64,000 nucleotides of DNA from Smithellaceae bacterium (GCA_963667845.2 CAXXVL010000001.1:576001-640000), one strand, 5' to 3'; positions 9,237 through 20,458 are shown, counted from the stretch's first letter. A program made the numbers and translations. Notes: a model not told the origin generated them from the letters alone.

Positions 9237-10853
9237 CTATCCCACAGGGGCATGTTCATCGGTGTGTCCGGGGGGCGGTTCTTCTTCGGCGGATGAATCG
9301 GTTTTTGCTGTTTCGAGATGCAGCAACCGGGCATCGATATCCGCGAGTAACTTCTCGTGGACCGCCTGACTGAGAAGTCCGCGGTGAAAGGCATCGATTA
9401 CCGTGTTCTTTTCCACCAACAACAGGTGTCGCCGAGTGCGTTGTAATTCCTCGGCGTGAAGCTGTTGGTTATCGATATGCAGCTCAGCGAGCGCCGCACT
9501 GCTGCGCTCGACCTTCTGTTCATATTCTCGGCGCAGGTCGGATAGCACCTCCGGCTGGGTGAAGTGAACGTGTGACATTTGGTCGATCTCGTTCAGTGCG
9601 GCATGGGTTGCCTGCAACCCCCCGCGTGTCAACTCATATGCGGCAAGTTCGTCGTGTCCGCGCACAATGCCCAGCCACCTCAGCAGGGGGGACATCGTCA
9701 ATCCGTGGACAAGTATTGAAAGAATGACCACCCCGAAGGTCATCGAGACCAGCAATTCCCGATGCGGGAAATCCTTTGGGAGACTGAGGACCAGCACCAT
9801 GGGCAGCCCGCCGCGCAACCCGCCCCATGTCAGGATCACGCTCCATGCCCAGGGAATTCTTTCACGCGTCCGGCCGAGCAGCGAAGATGCGCCGAAGATG
9901 ACCAGCGCCCTGCCTCCCGTCACCACGAGATAGGCAACCAGAATCGCCTTCCAGGAGGCCAGCAATGTCTGGAAGTGTACTTCGAGACCAATCAGCAGGA
10001 AAACAATGGAGTTGAGAGCAAAGGCGATGTATTTCCAAAACGTCTCCACGGCGATCCGGGTTGATGGCGACATGCCGACACGGGCGCCGTAGTTTCCGCA
10101 GAGCATACCCGCCGCCACGGTCGCAATCACGCCGGAGTAATGAAAATGCTCAGCAGCCAGGAAGGAACCATACGCGGCAATTGTCGTCAGTGTAATCTCG
10201 ATCATCGGGTCATCGACCTGTTTGATGACTTGTGAAACGGCCAGTCCGACGCCCGTTCCAATCAATGCACCAATGCCGACGATTCTGATAAAATCAAAAG
10301 CCAACCCGCCGGCCGTTGCCACTGTCCCGGCTACGAGCGCCAGGCTGAGCGTGAAGAAAACGATGGCGGTGCCGTCATTAAGCAGGCTCTCGCCATCGAG
10401 CAATACGGACAGCCGCTTCGGAACGCCCAGGTTCTTGAAGATGGCGACGACGGCGATGGGATCGGTCGCGGCAATGAGTGCGCCGAAGACCAGCGCGTGT
10501 TTCCAGGTAAACCCCTGCACAAAATGCAGCGCGTCGGCAACCGGGGTTAAAATCACGGCCGTCAGCACGATGGCTGCCGCAACGCCCGGCAGGGCCAGTG
10601 AAGAAATGATGAGGCGGTTTCGCCAGAATTGTTTAAACTCGATATGAAATGCGGCCTCGAAGAGAAGCCCCGGCAGAAAGACGCCGAATAGCAGAGCCTT
10701 GGTCAGGTGGGGTGCTTCAAAGATATTCAGCATCCCCAGCCCAAGTCCGGTGAAGACCAGAGCGACAGTGTAAGGAATGGCCAGACGTTGCACGGCGATT
10801 GCGACGGTTGTGGCCACAACGAACAGCAAAATTAAGACGGTTTCCGTATCCAT
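9237..10853 (-). CDS. Na+/H+ antiporter, CPA1 family
   Basis: ATDPIAV, GESLLNDG and WGGLRG motifs; about 12 TM helices. Confidence 0.93.
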   Translation of the reverse strand: MDTETVLILLFVVATTVAIAVQRLAIPYTVALVFTGLGLGMLNIFEAPHLTKALLFGVFLPGLLFEAAFHIEFKQFWRNRLIISSLALPGVAAAIVLTAVILTPVADALHFVQGFTWKHALVFGALIAATDPIAVVAIFKNLGVPKRLSVLLDGESLLNDGTAIVFFTLSLALVAGTVATAGGLAFDFIRIVGIGALIGTGVGLAVSQVIKQVDDPMIEITLTTIAAYGSFLAAEHFHYSGVIATVAAGMLCGNYGARVGMSPSTRIAVETFWKYIAFALNSIVFLLIGLEVHFQTLLASWKAILVAYLVVTGGRALVIFGASSLLGRTRERIPWAWSVILTWGGLRGGLPMVLVLSLPKDFPHRELLVSMTFGVVILSILVHGLTMSPLLRWLGIVRGHDELAAYELTRGGLQATHAALNEIDQMSHVHFTQPEVLSDLRREYEQKVERSSAALAELHIDNQQLHAEELQRTRRHLLLVEKNTVIDAFHRGLLSQAVHEKLLADIDARLLHLETAKTDSSAEEEPPPGHTDEHAPVG

Positions 10854-10903
10854 GATCAGATCTTATCTCCATTTATTTTCGTTCTTCCTGTTTCGCTATT
10901 CAG

Positions 10904-12235
10904 TTACGTTATAACCTCACTTTCATTTTTGAGTGCTTCGCGCACCCGCTCCAGGTGGCCCTTAAACCTCATCAGGTCATACGGGGACGGGATCGTGCGT
11001 TCGGCCAATTCATCGATCCATTGCACTTGTTCGCGAATCGCCCGCCGTCGGTCCGGCCGGACCGTCATACTGGCGATAATTTGATGCGCGCCCAGCATTC
11101 GCAATATGATGGCGACATTGCCTGTGGCGCTGCCTCGAATTTGGTCGAATGATTCAGACAGCAAGCTTTCAAAGAACGGGTTTATGGAGATCACGCGCAG
11201 TTCCCCTTCCTCGTAGCGGAGTGATGAAGGGAGTTGCCGGGGCGCCAGCTGCGCGAGAATTGCTGTCAGATAATCCACGCACATCACGGCCGTTGTGGTA
11301 TCGTTGACGCCGGGGGAGAGTGCTTTTAACGCCATATCCACGATTTGCCTGATGCCAAAGGCCGCGTCCTGATCCACCGTACGGTAGCTGCTGATGCTGA
11401 ATGTCGCCTGCAGAGCGGCAATAGTCTCTTGATCCGGTGGATCTTCAAGGGCGAGTGAGGCCAGTGGGGTGTTCCGGACAACGAAATCACCGATGCCGTG
11501 CTCTATCCTCACGATGGTTTTCCTGTCCCGTGCCAGGCGCAGGAGCGCTGCGTTATTAACGTTCTGGATATAACCGCTTTTGGAGGCCGGGACGGCACGC
11601 CAATTCTGCCGGAATAGAGGGATCAGCGCCTGGTCATCATCATCTTCGCCGGGCCCTTGGCCAATTTTTTCCGGAAACAACCGGTCAATGACAGCAATGG
11701 TTTCTTCAGCAACCGGGGAGATAATGCTGGAAGCCTGGATCGAAGAAGCGATGTGATGAATGAATAACATGAGGGCGCCGACACCTCCCAGCGCCAGCAC
11801 GAAGCCGAAGAACACCGCCAAGTTTGGAACAAATGCACCCTCGTCGCCGCTGCGAATGGTGCGCAATACGATCAGACAATACGTGAAAATACCGGCGAAG
11901 ATTCCAAGCACGGCCTGCGTGATGCGGTTCCGCATGAAATTCCGCAGAATGCGCGAGGTGTATTGACTCGAAGCCAGCGACAGCACTACCAGGATCATGG
12001 AGAACGTGACGCCCACCACGGTGATCATCGAACCGGCAATCGTGGACATCATCCCGCGGGCGCCTTCCGCTCCGGCCCCGAACAGGCGCGGCCACCGGGT
12101 CAGCCATTGGTCGCTCACGGCGGAGTCCGCTTCGATCATCGCTACCGCAAAGGCAACGCTGAGCACAACAATCAGCGAAGGCAAAAACCAAAAGCTCGAA
12201 TGTACATTGTTCCAGAGTTGTTTGAATTTATTCAC
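10904..12235 (-). CDS. DUF2254-family membrane protein
   Basis: SLASSQYTSR, SGYIQ, QDAAFGIRQIVDMALKALSPGVNDTTTA. Confidence 0.88.
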   Translation of the reverse strand: MNKFKQLWNNVHSSFWFLPSLIVVLSVAFAVAMIEADSAVSDQWLTRWPRLFGAGAEGARGMMSTIAGSMITVVGVTFSMILVVLSLASSQYTSRILRNFMRNRITQAVLGIFAGIFTYCLIVLRTIRSGDEGAFVPNLAVFFGFVLALGGVGALMLFIHHIASSIQASSIISPVAEETIAVIDRLFPEKIGQGPGEDDDDQALIPLFRQNWRAVPASKSGYIQNVNNAALLRLARDRKTIVRIEHGIGDFVVRNTPLASLALEDPPDQETIAALQATFSISSYRTVDQDAAFGIRQIVDMALKALSPGVNDTTTAVMCVDYLTAILAQLAPRQLPSSLRYEEGELRVISINPFFESLLSESFDQIRGSATGNVAIILRMLGAHQIIASMTVRPDRRRAIREQVQWIDELAERTIPSPYDLMRFKGHLERVREALKNESEVIT

Positions 12236-12257
12236 AGGTGATCTCCCACTTCCAGTT

Positions 12258-12401
12258 TTAAATTTCCGGTATGTCCTTGGCCGACAATGCCAAAATAACC
12301 TGCGGTGCGCTTTTTGTCACTTTCACCTTCGCATCGGGTTTGGCTCCAGGCTTCGATTTGGGAGCTTTGGGCTGGTCGGCATTGGATTTCATCATGGGCA
12401 T
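12258..12401 (-). pseudogene. Internally deleted copy of the P3A H+-ATPase gene (47-aa in-frame mini-ORF)
   Basis: RBS plus first 25 codons near-identical to 9135-9218, fused in frame to KVTKSAPQVILALS (ATPase KVTKGAPQVIMALS), then TAA. Confidence 0.85.
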
Positions 12402-12492
12402 TCCTCCTGTCTTTCCTATGCCCCGCAGGTTTCGCGAGTTACGGCATGCTTATTGTCATACCCGCGTCACTGTGCCGGTCGCGATCAAGACG

Positions 12493-12855
12493 CTAATTCT
12501 CCATCAGCCACGCCCTGGCCTCTGCGATGTCGGCGTGATCGAAATACCGGATCATCGCTTTCGTGAACGGTTTACCGAACAGCGCCATGCCTTGCTGCCA
12601 CTTTTTTTCCCCGACCATCGCGATTTTTTCGATGTCGGAGAAGTGTTTGATGGCGAATTTGGTGTCTTCCCAGAGTGCGCCGGCTTCCCAACCATGGAAA
12701 CCGGTCATATCGAACAGCATGCTTAGCTTTCCATGCAGCCGAACAAGTTTCTCGACCTCGGGCATAAAAAGCTCATAATCCGCCTTTACCAACTTGCCGC
12801 TGACGTGAACAACAAGCACCTTCCCGTCGTTTTCGTGAGTGAGTTCAATAGACAT
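12493..12855 (-). CDS. SpoIIAA-like (STAS/SEC14) protein
   Basis: SGKLVKADY, FHGWEAGALWED, KIAMVG and EARAWL family pattern. Confidence 0.88.
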   Translation of the reverse strand: MSIELTHENDGKVLVVHVSGKLVKADYELFMPEVEKLVRLHGKLSMLFDMTGFHGWEAGALWEDTKFAIKHFSDIEKIAMVGEKKWQQGMALFGKPFTKAMIRYFDHADIAEARAWLMEN

Positions 12856-13016
12856 TACAGCCTCCTTCTCGTGATTTTATTCTTCCTGCAATAACGCCCC
12901 GGGTACGGACACCATACTCGCGCAGTGCGACACACTTACCCGGCGCCGCCTGAACCCGCGCTCAGTAGTGATGACCATACCGGACGGACGGTTGCGGTCG
13001 AAGGGTTTGTGCGGCG

Positions 13017-15071
13017 TCATTTGGGTTCTGCCTTAAGTCTCAGCAAACGCGCATTGATGGCCACAATAACCGTGCTTGCGGACATCAGCACCGCACCCAC
13101 CGCAGGAGAGAGCAACACGCCCCAGGCATAAAGCGCTCCGGCGGCCAGAGGAATGGCAAAAGCATTATAGCCTGTGGCCCATAATAGATTTTGGATCATC
13201 TTGCGGTACGTGGCCCGGGATAGCCGGATAACGGCTGCCACATCCAGCGGATTACTCCGCACCAGAATCACGTCCGCCGTTTCCACAGCCACATCGGACC
13301 CGGCGCCGATGGCGATGCCTACATCCGCCTGAGCCAGCGCCGGAGCATCGTTCACGCCGTCACCGGTCATGGCGACTAAGACACCCCGGGACTGGACTTC
13401 TTTCACTTTAGCGGCCTTGTCCCCGGGCAGGACTTCGGCGAAGTATTCATCCAAACCGACCTGGTCGGCAACCCATTTGGCCGTCGCCCTGTTGTCGCCG
13501 GTCAGCATCAGGCACCGGATGTTCATTGCCCGGAGGGCATCGATGGCCGGCTTCGCCTCGGATCTCACGATATCGGCCAGGGCGATAGCCCCTTTGAGCT
13601 GACCGCCGACGAGCACAAACACGACCGTCTTGCCTTGTGCCTGCAGGGGTTCGATGCTCGGGTCGGCAAGATGTATGCCCTGTTCGCTCAGGTAGCCGGG
13701 GCTGATCACCTTGACCTCTTGCCCCTCCACTTTGCCTTCGGCGCCTTTGCCCGGGATGCTTTTAAAGTCTTCGACAGGCAGCTTCCTTTCCGAAGAAGCT
13801 GCGATGGCCCGGGCGATGGAATGTTCGGAATTTGCCTCTACGGAGGCCGCGTATTTGCGCAGTGTTTCTTCGTCGATATCCGGCGAAAATACCAGTGTGT
13901 CGGTCACGCCAAACCGGCCTTCAGTAAGCGTGCCGGTCTTATCAAAGATGACGGCTTGCAGTTTTCGGGCGCTTTCGAAGGAGACGCGATTGCGAATGAG
14001 CAGGCCGTTTTTCGCGGCCAGAGCTGTGGAGACGGCCACAACCAGAGGCACGGCGAGACCCAGGGCGTGCGGACAGGCGATGACCATCACGGTTACAGCT
14101 CGTTCAATGGCAAAAGCAAATTCTTTGCTCATGCCAACGAGCCAGATCAGGAAGGTGAGGGCACCACAGCCGAGCGCCGCAATTGTGAGCCACATGGCGG
14201 CGGTGTCGGCGACTTTTTGGGTCTTTGATTTGCTTTCCTGGGCCTGTCTGACCAGGTCGATGACCTGCGATAGAAATGAATCTTTGCCGGTACTTTTGAC
14301 CTCAATGGTCAGAGAACCCTCACCGTTGATCGCGCCGCCGATGACCTTGCCGCCGGTCTTCTTGTTAACCGGAGTTGATTCCCCGGTGAGCATGGCTTCA
14401 TTAACCGCACTTTCGCCCTTTACGATGACGCCGTCTGCGGGAATCTTCTCGCCGGGTTTGATCAGGACCTTGTCGTTCACCGCCAGCTCACCAAGCGGCA
14501 CATCATTTACGCTGCCGTCGGGCATGAGTTTGTGGGCGTTGGAGGGCATGAGCTTGGCCAGCTCCTCCAGAGCTTTAGAAGCGCCCAGCACCGACTTCAT
14601 CTCGATCCAGTGCCCCAGAAGCATGATATCGACAAGCGTGGCCAATTCCCAGAAGAAGATCTTGCCGGTCAGGCCGAACACGACGGCGCTGCTGTAAACA
14701 TAGGCCGTGGTGACGGCGACGGCAACCAGCGTCATCATTCCGGGCTGACGGGATTTGAGCTCGTCTTGAAGACCTTTCAGAAACGGCCAGCCGCCATACC
14801 AGAATACCGCGGAAGAAAAAACGAATAAGAGATAGCTGTCACCGGGAAAACGAAGGGCTTCCTTCAGGCCCACCAGCGTTTGAAGCATCGGCGAGAGGAT
14901 GAGAATCGGCCCGGTCAGCAAAAGCGAGATCCAGAACCGCTTCCGGAAATCCGCCGCCATGAGAGCGTGGTGACCTGCCTGATGGCCCCCCTTGGCCCAG
15001 GTGGTGGCGTGCGTTTCATGCATCGGGTGATGCAGGGCTTCCGCATGGTGATCCGGATGGTGATGTTCCAT
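13017..15071 (-). CDS. copB: Copper-translocating P1B-type ATPase (CPH type, CopB-like)
   Basis: His-rich N-terminus, CPH TM motif, DKTGT, SEHS, GDGVNDAP, YN and MSAS. Confidence 0.88.
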   Translation of the reverse strand: MEHHHPDHHAEALHHPMHETHATTWAKGGHQAGHHALMAADFRKRFWISLLLTGPILILSPMLQTLVGLKEALRFPGDSYLLFVFSSAVFWYGGWPFLKGLQDELKSRQPGMMTLVAVAVTTAYVYSSAVVFGLTGKIFFWELATLVDIMLLGHWIEMKSVLGASKALEELAKLMPSNAHKLMPDGSVNDVPLGELAVNDKVLIKPGEKIPADGVIVKGESAVNEAMLTGESTPVNKKTGGKVIGGAINGEGSLTIEVKSTGKDSFLSQVIDLVRQAQESKSKTQKVADTAAMWLTIAALGCGALTFLIWLVGMSKEFAFAIERAVTVMVIACPHALGLAVPLVVAVSTALAAKNGLLIRNRVSFESARKLQAVIFDKTGTLTEGRFGVTDTLVFSPDIDEETLRKYAASVEANSEHSIARAIAASSERKLPVEDFKSIPGKGAEGKVEGQEVKVISPGYLSEQGIHLADPSIEPLQAQGKTVVFVLVGGQLKGAIALADIVRSEAKPAIDALRAMNIRCLMLTGDNRATAKWVADQVGLDEYFAEVLPGDKAAKVKEVQSRGVLVAMTGDGVNDAPALAQADVGIAIGAGSDVAVETADVILVRSNPLDVAAVIRLSRATYRKMIQNLLWATGYNAFAIPLAAGALYAWGVLLSPAVGAVLMSASTVIVAINARLLRLKAEPK

Positions 15072-15197
15072 GAATCATCCTCTTTGTGAGCGAGCCGGTT
15101 TGTCTTTCTGAGTCTTTATCCGTTTCTTGTCTTTTCTTCCGTCTTTGCCCGCGTTCTCTTTCCGCTGCTTCACCAATCGAGGATATGGCAATCACTT

Positions 15198-15566
15198 TTA
15201 CTTTGAGAAAATCATCCTTAAAGCGATGATCAATAAGGCAATGCCGAATATTTTTTCCAATACGGGATCGGATATACGGATGGCCAGCTTGGCGCCCAGT
15301 AATCCGCCGAAGATAAAACCGAGACAAATAAAGCCGGCAACCGGGAAGTCGATATACCCCTGTTTATAATAAGTCCATGCGGCAAGCAGGCCTATGGGCG
15401 GGACGAGTAAAGCCAGCGTCGTCCCCTGGGCGGTTTTTTGTGACAGACCAAAAAACAGCACGAGAATCGGGATGATTATCACTCCGCCGCCGATGCCGAT
15501 CAGGCCGCTTAATATGCCGGCCAGCAGGCCGGTCAAGATATAGAGAAACGCATGCGCATAATCCAT
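15198..15566 (-). CDS. TauE/SafE (TSUP) family half-size membrane protein; start uncertain (alternative 15656)
   Basis: SGLIGIGGGVIIIP and AQGTTL motifs. Confidence 0.85.
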   Translation of the reverse strand: MDYAHAFLYILTGLLAGILSGLIGIGGGVIIIPILVLFFGLSQKTAQGTTLALLVPPIGLLAAWTYYKQGYIDFPVAGFICLGFIFGGLLGAKLAIRISDPVLEKIFGIALLIIALRMIFSK

Positions 15567-15659
15567 AGATGCACTTTCCGGTTTTCCCGGGGAAGGATCG
15601 GAACCCCGGTATTTTCCGCTTTCAGGTTTGAACGGGGTTTCGATTCCTGATGTCACTCC

Positions 15660-18329
15660 TTAATTGGCGATCGATCCCTCCGTCACCTGAACGAAGCCGC
15701 CGGGCCGTATCCATTTTTTAACAGCCCCTCGTATCCGGGACGCCGTCATCTGCCGGTAATATTTTGCCGCCCGGACGGGCTCATCGAGCGGCAAGTCCTG
15801 AATGGAGCGGGCCAAAAGGCCGGCGGCGATGCCGTCCATGCTCGCTTCGGCCAGCGGAATCTGGCGCAAAAGCAGAATCTTGGCCCTCTTAAGCTCTTTG
15901 GCCGTAACCGGAGTTTTCTGCAAATCTCGCAAATTTTGTTCGACCATCGTCCTTGCCCGGGAGACGTTGGGCGGATCGCAGCCATAGAAAACACTGAAAA
16001 CGGAACGATGCTTTCCGGATTCCAGCGACGACCCCACCGTATAAACGAGGCCGGCGTTTTCCCGCAAATCACGGTAGAGCCTGGAAGCGTAAAATGCTCC
16101 GGACAAAATGTGATTGGCAAACGCAAGCGTGTAGTAGTCGGGCTGTGAGCGCGTGAGGGTCAGGGTCTGGGCGAGCGTGACTTCATCCTGGACCCGGCTT
16201 TGATCAGGCACGGCATGACGAGACGGCTTATTCGGGGGGACCGCCGGCAAATCCGTTACCGGTTTGGTGCCCTGGGCTCTCCAGGCGCCGAAACAGGCTG
16301 CGACAACTTCGCGCGCCCGTGCCGGTGTCACGTCGCCGATGATGACGATGGTCGTCATGTCGGGGCGAAAGACTTTGGCATGGTAGGACTTGACGTCGTC
16401 AAGGGAAAGGCCGGACACGGTTTCCCCAGTTGCTTCGCGCAGGACCGGATCGTGAGGGGGGAAGAGTCCTTTGATCAGCGCCCTCTGTGAAAGATAGCCG
16501 GGGCTCTTGAGCCGTCCGCTGACGACTCCCGCCGTTTCTTCCCTGACGACTGAGAAGGCCTGCCCGGGAAGGGCGGGCCGAAGCAGGTTGTCGGCGAGAA
16601 GCTTCAAGCCCTCTTCGAAGTGGTCGGGCTGTATCCGCAGCGAAAAGGACGCACCGGCGGTAATTTCGGCGCTGATATCATCTTTAGCTTTCTCGAAGCC
16701 AACCCTGTCGAGGGACTCTGTCCCATAAGAAAAAAGGTTTTGCAGAAGCGCGGCAACGCCTTCTTTCCCGGGTGGCTCCTGAAGATTGTCATTATGCTTT
16801 ACCTGTCCATGCAGTGTAATCGTCGGACTGATTTTTTCCGTCTGGACAATGAGGCGAATTCCGTTCGCCAGTCTGATGTCGGCGGGTTTTACGTTGGAAA
16901 CGGCCAGGGCCGGAACGATCAGCGATTTCTTTGCCCACGGCGGAAGCCTGACTTCAGTCGTGGGCTGCGGCGTAAAGGATTCGCCGCCTCCGAATCCTTT
17001 CGAGGCCACAGGCTTCCCGGAAGGCTGGGGGAGCAGGACCGCCGTTACGGCCTGATCGTTTTGGAGATAATTACGGGCCACACGGTTCACATCATCGACC
17101 GTTACTTTTTTAATAGCCTCGATCGTGTCATCGGGAGACGTTCGGCCTTCGACGGCCAGGGCCTGAGACCAGGCGCCGGCCAGTCCGGAGATGGAATTCT
17201 TCCGGAACTGGGCGTTGGTTTCGGCGTGACGCTTCGCTGCCGCCACCAGATCGGGGGGCAGCCCGTCTTTGATATACCCGTCAATAATAGCCTTGATGGC
17301 CGCCACGAGGCCGTCTCCATTTACGCCCTCGGGAAATCCCGCCGCGGCCAGGGCAAATCCGGCTTTCGGCAGCATCTCGGAGTCAAAATCCGTAAAGAGC
17401 GCTTTGCCTTCGGGAACCAGCGCAAACAGGTTTCCGCGCTTGCTGGCCAGAACATCGGTGAGAACCATCGCAGCTGCATAATCCGGGCTGTCATAGCCCG
17501 GAAGGCGATAGGCTACCACGGACAATCCATACGGCAGATCCGTGTTAAAGGCAATGTGAGCCGCTTTGAGCGGTTGAAGATTGACGGCGGGTCTTGCCGG
17601 TATGGGGCGCGGGGGAATGGACGAAAAGAGTTTTGTAACCAGGGACAGGGTTTGGGGCAGATCCACGTCGCCTGCGATCACAAGAATGGCGTTGTTCGGT
17701 CCATACCAGGACTCATGGAACTCTCTGAGCATCGCGCTGGTCGTCTTCTGGAACGACGGACGCGTCCCCAGGGCATCATGGGCATAGGGTGTTCCGTCAA
17801 ATATTTTTTCGAGAAGCTGTTTGATGAGCAGGTACTCGGGATTGGATAGGTCGCGGGACACTTCCTGCTCGATTGCCCCGCGTTCCTTTTCCCAGAGTTC
17901 CTGCGAATTGAGTGCGCCCTTCATGCGTAGTACTTCTACGGTGAGCGCCGTCTCGAGATTATCCTTCGATACCGTAAAAAAATACTGGGTCACCGTCTGC
18001 TGGGTATCGGCGTTAAAGTGGCCCCCCATCAGCGCCATGATGTTGGAAAGTTCTGCGGCGGAAAGGCCGGGACTGCCGCGAAACATCATATGCTCCTGGG
18101 CATGGGCCATGCCGGGGAATCCCTCGGGCGACTCATTGGCGCCGACCAGGTAATTGATTTCGGTCGTGACAACCGGCGCGAGAGTGTTCTTCACGATGAC
18201 GACCTGCATTCCGTTCGCGAGCGTCGCGCGCAGGACGTCGCCTGGATCCGCACTCCGGGCGGAACAGGGAACGGACAGGAAGCATAAAATCAGGACCAGA
18301 GATATAAGAGCGCTGAAGATTTTTTTCAT
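15660..18329 (-). CDS. M16 family zinc peptidase (pitrilysin/PqqL-like), exported
   Basis: Inverted zinc motif HAQEH, NADT, RLYRDLRE..GLVY; two-half architecture; signal peptide. Confidence 0.92.
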   Translation of the reverse strand: MKKIFSALISLVLILCFLSVPCSARSADPGDVLRATLANGMQVVIVKNTLAPVVTTEINYLVGANESPEGFPGMAHAQEHMMFRGSPGLSAAELSNIMALMGGHFNADTQQTVTQYFFTVSKDNLETALTVEVLRMKGALNSQELWEKERGAIEQEVSRDLSNPEYLLIKQLLEKIFDGTPYAHDALGTRPSFQKTTSAMLREFHESWYGPNNAILVIAGDVDLPQTLSLVTKLFSSIPPRPIPARPAVNLQPLKAAHIAFNTDLPYGLSVVAYRLPGYDSPDYAAAMVLTDVLASKRGNLFALVPEGKALFTDFDSEMLPKAGFALAAAGFPEGVNGDGLVAAIKAIIDGYIKDGLPPDLVAAAKRHAETNAQFRKNSISGLAGAWSQALAVEGRTSPDDTIEAIKKVTVDDVNRVARNYLQNDQAVTAVLLPQPSGKPVASKGFGGGESFTPQPTTEVRLPPWAKKSLIVPALAVSNVKPADIRLANGIRLIVQTEKISPTITLHGQVKHNDNLQEPPGKEGVAALLQNLFSYGTESLDRVGFEKAKDDISAEITAGASFSLRIQPDHFEEGLKLLADNLLRPALPGQAFSVVREETAGVVSGRLKSPGYLSQRALIKGLFPPHDPVLREATGETVSGLSLDDVKSYHAKVFRPDMTTIVIIGDVTPARAREVVAACFGAWRAQGTKPVTDLPAVPPNKPSRHAVPDQSRVQDEVTLAQTLTLTRSQPDYYTLAFANHILSGAFYASRLYRDLRENAGLVYTVGSSLESGKHRSVFSVFYGCDPPNVSRARTMVEQNLRDLQKTPVTAKELKRAKILLLRQIPLAEASMDGIAAGLLARSIQDLPLDEPVRAAKYYRQMTASRIRGAVKKWIRPGGFVQVTEGSIAN

Positions 18330-18358
18330 GATGAAATTCCTGTCCTTCCCTTCTGTTA

Positions 18359-18928
18359 CTATTTACCCAGAACAAAATGATCATTTCTGTTTCTGGCCCA
18401 GGCTTCCTCATCGTGTCCCGGGTCAACCGGCCGGTCTTCGCCGTAGCTGATCGTGGACATTCTTTTTGCATCCACGCCCAGCTCTATCAAGTACTTCTTG
18501 GCCGCGTCGGCTCTTCTCTGGCCCAGTGCGAGATTATATTCTTCCGTGCCCCGTTCGTCGCAATTGCCCTCTATCATTACCGTGGCATCGGGGTTCTTCA
18601 TCAGCCAACCGGCATGGGCATCGAGAATCTTTCTGTCGCCCGGCCGCAGGACATCCTGATCATAATCAAAGTGGATATCGGTGAGTGATTTCGGAGCTTC
18701 GACGGCGACGGGCTTCTGTTCTGGTTCCTGGGCGGGTTTGACGGTCTCCACGGGCGGAGCCGGTTTCACTTCGGGAGGCGCAGCCGGTACGGCAGCTTCC
18801 TGTTTCACTTCGCTTTGCGGCTGGGTGGAACTTTCCATGACCGTTTCCTTTTTCGCACATCCGGCCGCGAAAACAAGAATGACGGCCGCGATAAAAATGA
18901 TGACCTGCAAACAGAATCTTTTTTTCAT
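18359..18928 (-). CDS. pal: Peptidoglycan-associated lipoprotein (OmpA C-terminal domain)
   Basis: Lipobox [39 protein letters not shown]. Confidence 0.9.
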   Translation of the reverse strand: MKKRFCLQVIIFIAAVILVFAAGCAKKETVMESSTQPQSEVKQEAAVPAAPPEVKPAPPVETVKPAQEPEQKPVAVEAPKSLTDIHFDYDQDVLRPGDRKILDAHAGWLMKNPDATVMIEGNCDERGTEEYNLALGQRRADAAKKYLIELGVDAKRMSTISYGEDRPVDPGHDEEAWARNRNDHFVLGK

Positions 18929-18988
18929 AGTGTATTGCCTCCCCTGTGACTTAATGGTTTCAAAACCCGCTCAGTTTTCGTCATTCGG

Positions 18989-20458
18989 CTATCGTGACGA
19001 AAGCGTAATATACAGACTCGCTCCGCTACGGTAAATGAGCAGGAGAGCATCCTGCTTGGATTTGATCTTTCCCACGGCGGCGTTAAAATCGTTCATGTTG
19101 GATATTTTCTTACGGTTGATTTCTCTGATCATGTCGCCGGCCTGCAGGACTCCGCTGGCCGGGCTGTCATCCTCCACACCGACGACCACCACGCCATTGA
19201 TGCGGGCCGGGATGCCCATCATCTTCTTCTGCTGCACGGAAATATCCTGGACGTGAATCCCGAAAAATCCGGTATTGATCTCACTGGTCTGGGTCGGCAT
19301 TTTTGCCGGTAATTCACCAATCTCCACGGTGACGTTCTTTTCTTTACCGTCCCGGAGAATCTGGAGAGTCACGCGGTTGCCAGGCTTTTCCCGGGCTACC
19401 ATATTCCTGAATTCGGAGATACTGGCGACATCCTTTCCGCCGTACTGCAGAATAACGTCTCCGCGCTGCAGCCCCGCCTTCTGGGCCGGACCGTCTTCCG
19501 TTACTTCGCTGATCAGAACGCCCTTTTCGCTCTTCAAGGCAAATTGTTTGGCCAGCTCGGGAGTCAGCGGCTGGATGCCCACGCCCAGCCATCCCCGGAT
19601 CACTTTGCCTTTTTTAATCAGGCTTTCCATGACCACTTTGATCATATTGCTCGGGATGGCAAAACCAATGCCCTGATATCCGCCGGACGTGCTGAAAATC
19701 GCCGTATTGAGTCCGATCAGTTCGCCCTTCATGTTCACCAGTGCGCCGCCGGAATTTCCGGGATTGATCGCCGCGTCGGTCTGAATAAAGTCCTCATAAT
19801 CCGCGATGCCGACATCAGCGCGCCCGACCGCACTGATGATTCCCGATGTCACTGTCTGGTTCAAACCAAACGGATTGCCGATGGCGATGACCCGGTCGCC
19901 GACTTTTGTATTATCGGAGTCGCCAAGTTCAAGATACGGGAGCTTGCCGGCATTGATCCTGACGACCGCCAGATCGGTCCGGGGGTCAGCCCCGACGACC
20001 TTGCCCTTGAATTGCCTTTTATCGGACAGCTTCACGGTGATTTCGTCGGCGCCCTGCACAACGTGATTATTCGTGATGATATACCCTTCCTGGCCGACGA
20101 CGACGCCTGAACCCAGACCGCGTTGTTTATACTTGCGGGGCTTGTTGCCCTGATTATCAGACTGATCGCCGAAAAAATGCCGGAAGAAGGGATCGTCGAA
20201 AAACGGATTCTGCATGGGTTCGGATGTGACGGTCTGTTCGAATGAAATATTCACCACGGCCGGCTTCGCGGCAGCCGTCAGTTCCTCCATCGCCTTGTCC
20301 AGCTGTGACAATATATCGATGGATTCTTTGGAAATATTAACGCTCTGCGCCTGTCCCGTATTGAATATGTCCAAGTTGGCTGTAAGAACGGCACCGACGA
20401 GAATGCCGATAAAGATCAGGCCTGCCGTAAAAATAAAATACCGCACTCTTGCTTTCAT
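18989..20458 (-). CDS. DegP/DegQ (HtrA) serine protease with two PDZ domains
   Basis: TNNHV, DLAV and NPGNSGG triad motifs; RGWLGV; two PDZ-like segments. Confidence 0.95.
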   Translation of the reverse strand: MKARVRYFIFTAGLIFIGILVGAVLTANLDIFNTGQAQSVNISKESIDILSQLDKAMEELTAAAKPAVVNISFEQTVTSEPMQNPFFDDPFFRHFFGDQSDNQGNKPRKYKQRGLGSGVVVGQEGYIITNNHVVQGADEITVKLSDKRQFKGKVVGADPRTDLAVVRINAGKLPYLELGDSDNTKVGDRVIAIGNPFGLNQTVTSGIISAVGRADVGIADYEDFIQTDAAINPGNSGGALVNMKGELIGLNTAIFSTSGGYQGIGFAIPSNMIKVVMESLIKKGKVIRGWLGVGIQPLTPELAKQFALKSEKGVLISEVTEDGPAQKAGLQRGDVILQYGGKDVASISEFRNMVAREKPGNRVTLQILRDGKEKNVTVEIGELPAKMPTQTSEINTGFFGIHVQDISVQQKKMMGIPARINGVVVVGVEDDSPASGVLQAGDMIREINRKKISNMNDFNAAVGKIKSKQDALLLIYRSGASLYITLSSR

